DNA of 64,000 bases from Eledone cirrhosa (lineage: Eukaryota). How positions within the stretch are numbered: the first letter of the stretch is position 1; the number at the start of each line of letters is the position of its first letter. This document shows, in pieces, positions 58,099 through 64,000 of the stretch. The translations under genes and the position numbers were made by a program. The notes below the pieces were generated by a model. It was given only the letters and a program-made list of their open reading frames with translations, was not told where the DNA came from and ran no database searches. The DNA lies in assembly GCA_964016885.1 (NCBI GenBank), contig OZ024745.1, forward strand, positions 9,486,001 to 9,550,000. Direction: 5' to 3'.

Positions 58099-58377
58099 GT
58101 TAAAAGAATAGAGGTGTAACACACAAGTTATTATATATTGGTAAACGGAATAGAAAATGCTGACAAATTGTTCACAGTTGAAAAATGGTTTAATTAGGAA
58201 TAAAAGAGTATTAGTGATTGTATGGGTTAGTATTCAGTTGTGGTTTTAAGTTTTTAAACTTAAAACCACAACTGAATACTAACCCATACAATCACTAATA
58301 CTCTTTTATTCCTAATTAAACCATTTTTCAACTGTGAACAATTTGTCAGCATTTTCTATTCCGTTTACCAATATATA
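58099..58377. mobile_element. Perfect ~120-bp-arm hairpin with a one-sided tail, in (TA)n
   Basis: Arms 58132-58253 and 58256-58377; tail 58099-58131. Confidence 0.8.
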
Positions 58378-59220
58378 TATATATATATATATTTAATGGT
58401 ATAGCTACTAAATATTGAAAATTTAAGTTGGGGATTTAAAATATATCATACAACTTTAGCAACAATAATGTTAAACTATTTGCATATTTACATAAGTACA
58501 TTATACTTTCACATCCAGGTTTACAAGACTTGGACAAATTGTTGACTTATTTAAACATTGGTTAATCTAAGTTTTACTGCCCTGAATAATAATTCCCTAT
58601 AAATCTTGGTTTTGAAATATTTATTCCAAAGATGCAGAGATATTGCCTATACATGCATATTTAGTAGTTAAATTTCACGCCACAATCTGTTACTTGAGTC
58701 TCTGTAGTAGAATTTGACTGATTACAAGCATTTGGGCCATGTCTCCAGTTTGAGAATACCTCCCTCCCTGTCTAAACAGTAAAACACACACACACACACA
58801 CCCATGCACGCCTGTCGAATAGGTTTTCAACTTGCATGCATTTCCAAAACATTTTCTAGAGAATAATTTTAAATACTCCTTCATTTTTTCCCTACAAATT
58901 CTTCTCTCCCCACTTCTAATACTGTTGATTTTTCCTCCTGTTTTTTTATCAAATTGATTGATTCTTTTCATATTTCTGAACTGGGCTTGATATATATTTT
59001 TTTTATCCCCTATTGTGTTGAAAATGTTATTCTTATGCATTTTAGTTTTGATACAAATACCAAATAAAAAAATTTTTTTATTTCTATTTATGTCACCGAT
59101 GAGGAAATATTTTGCAATCCTCTTATTTTTTAAAAGCATTGTCCTTTTAAAATTGATCTGGTGAATTATAACTAAATGTTAACATTGCTGTTTTGTATTA
59201 AAATTGTTTTTGTTTTATGC

Positions 59221-59261
<41 letters not shown>

Positions 59262-59263
<2 letters not shown>

Positions 59264-59478
59264 ACATGGTGGTGCCACGCCAAAAAAGCACCCAGCACTC
59301 ACTGTAAATGAGGTTGGTGTTAGGAAGGGCATCCAGCTGTAGAAATCGAGCCCAAATCAGTTTCCGTATGAGCAAGACAAGGTCAGCCGACCGGGCACTG
59401 TCCACAACAGGACAACCTCTCTAATCCATGCTAGCGTGGAAGAATGGACGTAAAACGGTGATGATGAGGATGATGATG
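59262..59478 (+). mobile_element. RTE 3' UTR-only insertion
   Basis: Matches 6545-6748; (TA)n at the 5' end; (GAT)n tail. Confidence 0.85.
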
Positions 59479-59737
59479 AAATATATATAAATAAGGGATA
59501 ACATAATATTGTTATAGGTAATCCAGTTAGAGGTTGTGAATACTTTTTATTATGGATAGTTTTAGCGTACGGCGTTGTTTGATTCAACAAGAGGTTTATG
59601 ATTTCACTTGTATTCTTATGTAATTTATCTTGGAGTAATAAAATTGAAAAGGTGAAGAAAAACATGGACAACAGTACAAAAAAGGGGATTTATTAAACAA
59701 TTGTTAGATTGTAAATAAATCCCCCTTTTTGTACTGT

Positions 59738-62317
59738 CGGTTTCCATCGACTTCTAGTGCTCTGCACCTTTTTATGCAGCTGTCATCCTTCATACGCATC
59801 ACATGTCCATACCAACGCAACCGCCTCTCCTGCACACAGCATTTGATTCCTCTTATGCTCAGTCTCTCTCTCAATTCATTTATGCTTTGTCGTTCGCGTA
59901 TATTACTATTACACATCCATCGGAGCATGCAGGCTTCGTTTCTCTCTAATCTACGCGAGTCTTCTACAGACAGTGCCCAGGTCTCACTACCATGCAACAT
60001 CACTGTTCGGATACATGCATCATACAGTCTGCCTTTCATTTTGAGGGAGAAGCCTTTTGCAGCTAGCAGTGGTAGTAGTTACCTAAACTTCTTCCATCCC
60101 GTTCTTACCCTAGTTATTGTACTTTCTGAACACCCACCTCCGCTGCTAATTCGGTCACCTAGGTAGCAGAAGCTGTCTACTGTTTCTACAGAGCCCTCCC
60201 AGAGATTGGTGGTACTTGTTTCCTGTGGCTGTTTGCTGCTTGCTGTCCCAGCACAGCTGCTGCATGTGAAGCCTACATTCTTAATTAAGCTTCCTGAGAT
60301 CCCGCTACATCTCTTGTGTACCCATTGTTTGCATTTGGGGCAGAGAATGGAGTTCCTACCTACACCTTTCCTACATACTGAGCAAGGCCATTTCCCTGAG
60401 GGGATCTGGGTTCTGTTTTCTCGTCTACTTACAAGGACCTTAGTCTTTGTCATGTTGACTTTGAGACCCTTTCTTTCTAGTCCCTGCTTCCAAGTTTGGA
60501 ATTTCTTCTCTAGTTCTACCATAGATTCAGCTATAAGTGCGAGGTCATCAGCATACAGGAGTTCCCATGGGCATCCGGTCTTAAACTCCTCCGTTATTGC
60601 CTGCAGGACTACGATGAACAGGAGGGGGCTAAGAACAGAGCCCTGGTGGACCCAACCTGTACGCTAAATTCCTCGCTATACTCATTGCTAATCCTAACTT
60701 TGCTGACTGCTCCCCTATACATGGCTTGTACTGCTTTCACAAGCCATTCATCTACTCCAGCTTTCTAAGAGCCCACCAGATTACAGCACGTGGAACTCTG
60801 TCAAAGGCTTTCTCAAGGTCGACAAATGCCAGGTAGAGTGGCTTACTTTTAGCTAGGTACTTTTCCTGTAACTGCCTGACAAGGAAGAGGGCATCAGTGG
60901 TGCCTCTTCCTGGTACAAACCCAAATTGCATCTCGTCTAGTTTCACCCAGTCCCTATTCAACTGTGCTATAACTCTTTCTGTTACTTTCATGACCTGGTC
61001 CATCAGCTTTATACCTCTATAGTTTCCTCTATCTAGTGCATCACCTTTACCTTTGTAGCAGTTGACAATGATGCTACTGCACCAATCTTTTGGTATGACA
61101 CCTTCTAGTATTACCTGGTTAACAATACGTGTGGTTATAGTGTGACCTACAGACCCAGATGCCTTCAGCATCTCGGCAGCTATAGCCGATGGACCGGTTG
61201 CCTTCCTCATCTTCATATCTTTGATTGCCTTACTTACTACGCTGCTGCTGACTTGTACTGCTGGCCCCTCTATAGGGTCTACTTGGGGTAGGGTCTCTTC
61301 TTCCCATGCATTCTCCTCATTTAGTAATCTATCATAATGACTCTTCCATGCATCTTTCTTCTCAGCACTTGTGAGGGCAAGCTCACCTTTATCATTCCAG
61401 ATACACTTCTCTCCAATGACATCACAATTCTCTCTGACACACTGCCTCGCAATCTTGAACACCTCCCGTTTCTGGTCCTTACGTTGCAAAACATGCTTGA
61501 ATTTTCTATCCTCTGCTTCCCTCCTAGCTAAGTATACTTGTCGCCTAGCTTCCCTCTTGGTCTCTATGTAAAGTACCCTGCTCCCCCCGTTCTTCCATTC
61601 TTTCCATGCCTGTCTCTTGGCCTTAACTGCCTCATCTACCTTATTGTTCCACCACCATGTCACTCTCCTCCTGCTTGAGGTCTTACTCCAGCCACAGACC
61701 TCATCAGTCGCCTCTAGTAAGTTATTTTTTAGGAACTCCCAGTTCTCTTCTACATTGAATGTCTCTATCTGTTCTTCTTTACTGTCGTAGGCGTTGAGTA
61801 AAATATCTTTAAATCTGTTACTGGTTGAGGGGTCTTTCAGCTTCCAGATCTTTCTTCTCCAGGTTGGCCTCTGTTTCCAGGTTCGTCTAGTTCTGACTGA
61901 GGTCGCGGACAACTAAGCTATGTTGGGATGTACATTCCTCACTAGGGAAGGCTTTTGTGTTTACAACTGTCCATCTGTCACGTCCTCTGATGAGGATAAA
62001 ATCTATCTGACTAGAGTGCTCCCCTGATCTATAGGTGATCAGGTGGTTGTTTGGTTTTTTGAAGTTTGTGTTACATATCGACATGTCATTGGCGTCGCAG
62101 AATTCTAGAAGTCTGAATCCTTCCTCATTTCTTGTGCCAACCCCATGGCCTCCATGAACTCTATTGAAGCTGTCGCAGTGTTTACCTACGTGTCCGTTAA
62201 AATCTCCTGCGATGATTAAGAAGTCATTGTCGTTTGTTAGAGCAGTAGTGTGCATTAGGGACTCGTAAAACCTATTCTTAAGTTCGTCTGGCAACCCCGA
62301 TTGGGGTTCGTAAGCTG

Positions 62318-62318
<1 letters not shown>
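59738..62318 (-). mobile_element. RTE LINE with partial APE endonuclease and RT, lacking its 3' end
   Basis: AYEPQ..AGDFNGHVG..QIDFIL..SQHSLV (APE), RT and PHD motifs; frameshifts; 5' end at (TA)n. Confidence 0.92.
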
Positions 62319-62367
<49 letters not shown>

Positions 62368-63692
62368 GCTTTCAAATAGAAGACTTAAAAAACTCAAGTG
62401 ATGTGAAAATAAATGCATATAAAATAATTTCTCTAGATATATTTTAAATATTTTACAGCATCACAGATTATTTTCTAATTTCCTTTTCTAAATGTTTCTT
62501 TTTATGATTGTTTTTTATAGTTTGTGTAATGGAATATTCTGCTTCAAAGGACACTAAATAATATTAAATGCAATTTAAAGAAATATAGAATAACTAAAAG
62601 TTTTATATAGAATGCATGAGTCTTGAAAAATTTGCTTCTAAACTGACCCAAATATATCGTATATAGAATGAGTAGATGAAGGACTGTTAGTGAGAAAAAC
62701 TCTTGCTGACATTAGTTTTCAAAGTTAGGTATGTTTGGCTAAAATAAAGTGTAAACAGACTTATTATTTGATTGAGATATTTATTTACAATGGTGTGGGT
62801 ATTGGTCTTCATATATGAAAAATGAATACCAAACACAATTGTCTATGTATATTAGCAGAAATTGCTGAGCACATTAAAAGTCTTAATGAATGTTTGTATA
62901 TGAATTAGTGTCAATAATTGTAACCTAATTTGTTATAAGATTTAATGAGCTAGCATTGTTAGAGTAACTAAAATGCTGATATTTCTGTTAGAGCACTGAA
63001 TGGTTTATATTGATAATGTGCTTACTTCACTGGTAAAAACAAAACTTAAACATATTTCTATTGCTCACCAAATAATTGTTTCTACTTTTTGGCACAAGGC
63101 CAGCAAATACCCAGTACATTACTGGTACTTTATTTTATTGCTCACCAAATAATGTTGAGCAGTAACAACTGAATAGTGTATAGAATCTAGTTACTTAAGA
63201 AAAGCCACAAATCATCATCATCGCCACCACCATCACCATCATTATCACCACCACCATCATCATCACGACAATCATCATTATCAATATCTTGTCTTTTTTT
63301 CCACACTTTCTTGGGTCATCTGAGTTGTGATGTTCAGAGGACAGAGATGTCAGTATCTTACCCACATTTTCCATTTGGTCAGGGTTTCTATGACTGGATG
63401 CCCTTCCTAATATCAACTACTTCACTGTGTTCTGGGTGTATTTTCTCATGGTACCACCACTACCACAAGACATGGCGAAATAAGAAACACCAACACTACC
63501 ACTTTACAGAATAGCTTGAGTGCATTTTACCATGGCACCAGCACTATTACTTTACAGAGTGTACTGAGTGCATTTTATCATGGCACCAGTAAATGTTGAT
63601 AGTAAAATTTTCCTTACTAGATTTTATCTTTTCTGTATTTTCTTCTTTGTAAAACAGATTTTGAATGGCTTTGTCTGTGTTCTTCATCAGAT

Positions 63693-63805
63693 GGTATGTG
63701 TAGCAGTCACCCGGTGACACGTATGTGTAGCAGTCATCAGGTGGTATATATATGTAGCAGACACCAGGAGACATGTAGCAGTCACCAGGTGACATGTATG
63801 TGTAC
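63693..63805. repeat. ~25-bp tandem repeat (GTATGTGTAGCAGTCACCAGGTGAC)
   Basis: About four degenerate copies. Confidence 0.65.
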
Positions 63806-64000
63806 CAGTAAAATCTGGACTTGGCAACAATTAGCCAATAAAACAGTTGATTTGAGCAGACTCTCTTTAAACCAACCCATTGTAATTTGAAAGTGTATGG
63901 GGGGGGGGGGGGGGTTACTTGGTCTTTATGTTATGACGAAAGAAAGGTAAATTATTTTTGATACTAGTAAATTGCCTCCACTACCCAATTTGCAATACTA

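Noticed and set aside
57605-63805. Short tandem repeats (57605, 63693) as CRISPR-like arrays
   Set aside because: No unique spacers, eukaryotic context and no cas genes

Overview
AT-rich eukaryotic genomic DNA. The SINE/LINE families and microsatellite content suggest a cephalopod (octopus-like) genome, which is an inference. A spliced plus-strand host gene of unknown identity has five phase-compatible exons (574-22908) and a possible sixth at 53459. Its introns are packed with transposons: a decayed Chapaev3-like DNA transposon, about ten RTE-clade LINE copies carrying a PHD-like finger, CR1-like fragments and tRNA-derived SINEs. The most striking part is 24.9-49 kb, a nest of elements sitting in long interrupted (TA)n arrays. 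It holds two related Penelope-like elements (PLEs; RT + GIY-YIG) in head-to-head inverted form, several non-coding foldback elements with the same (TA)n-tail-arm-arm'-(TA)n layout, and a 472-bp tandem repeat resembling a retrozyme. At least six different families there each carry a minimal type I hammerhead ribozyme (HHR) that can be folded by eye. Both PLE 3' tails encode a conserved 27-aa peptide that looks like the ORF N-terminus, and a 47-bp mini-element keeps only the two PLE termini.
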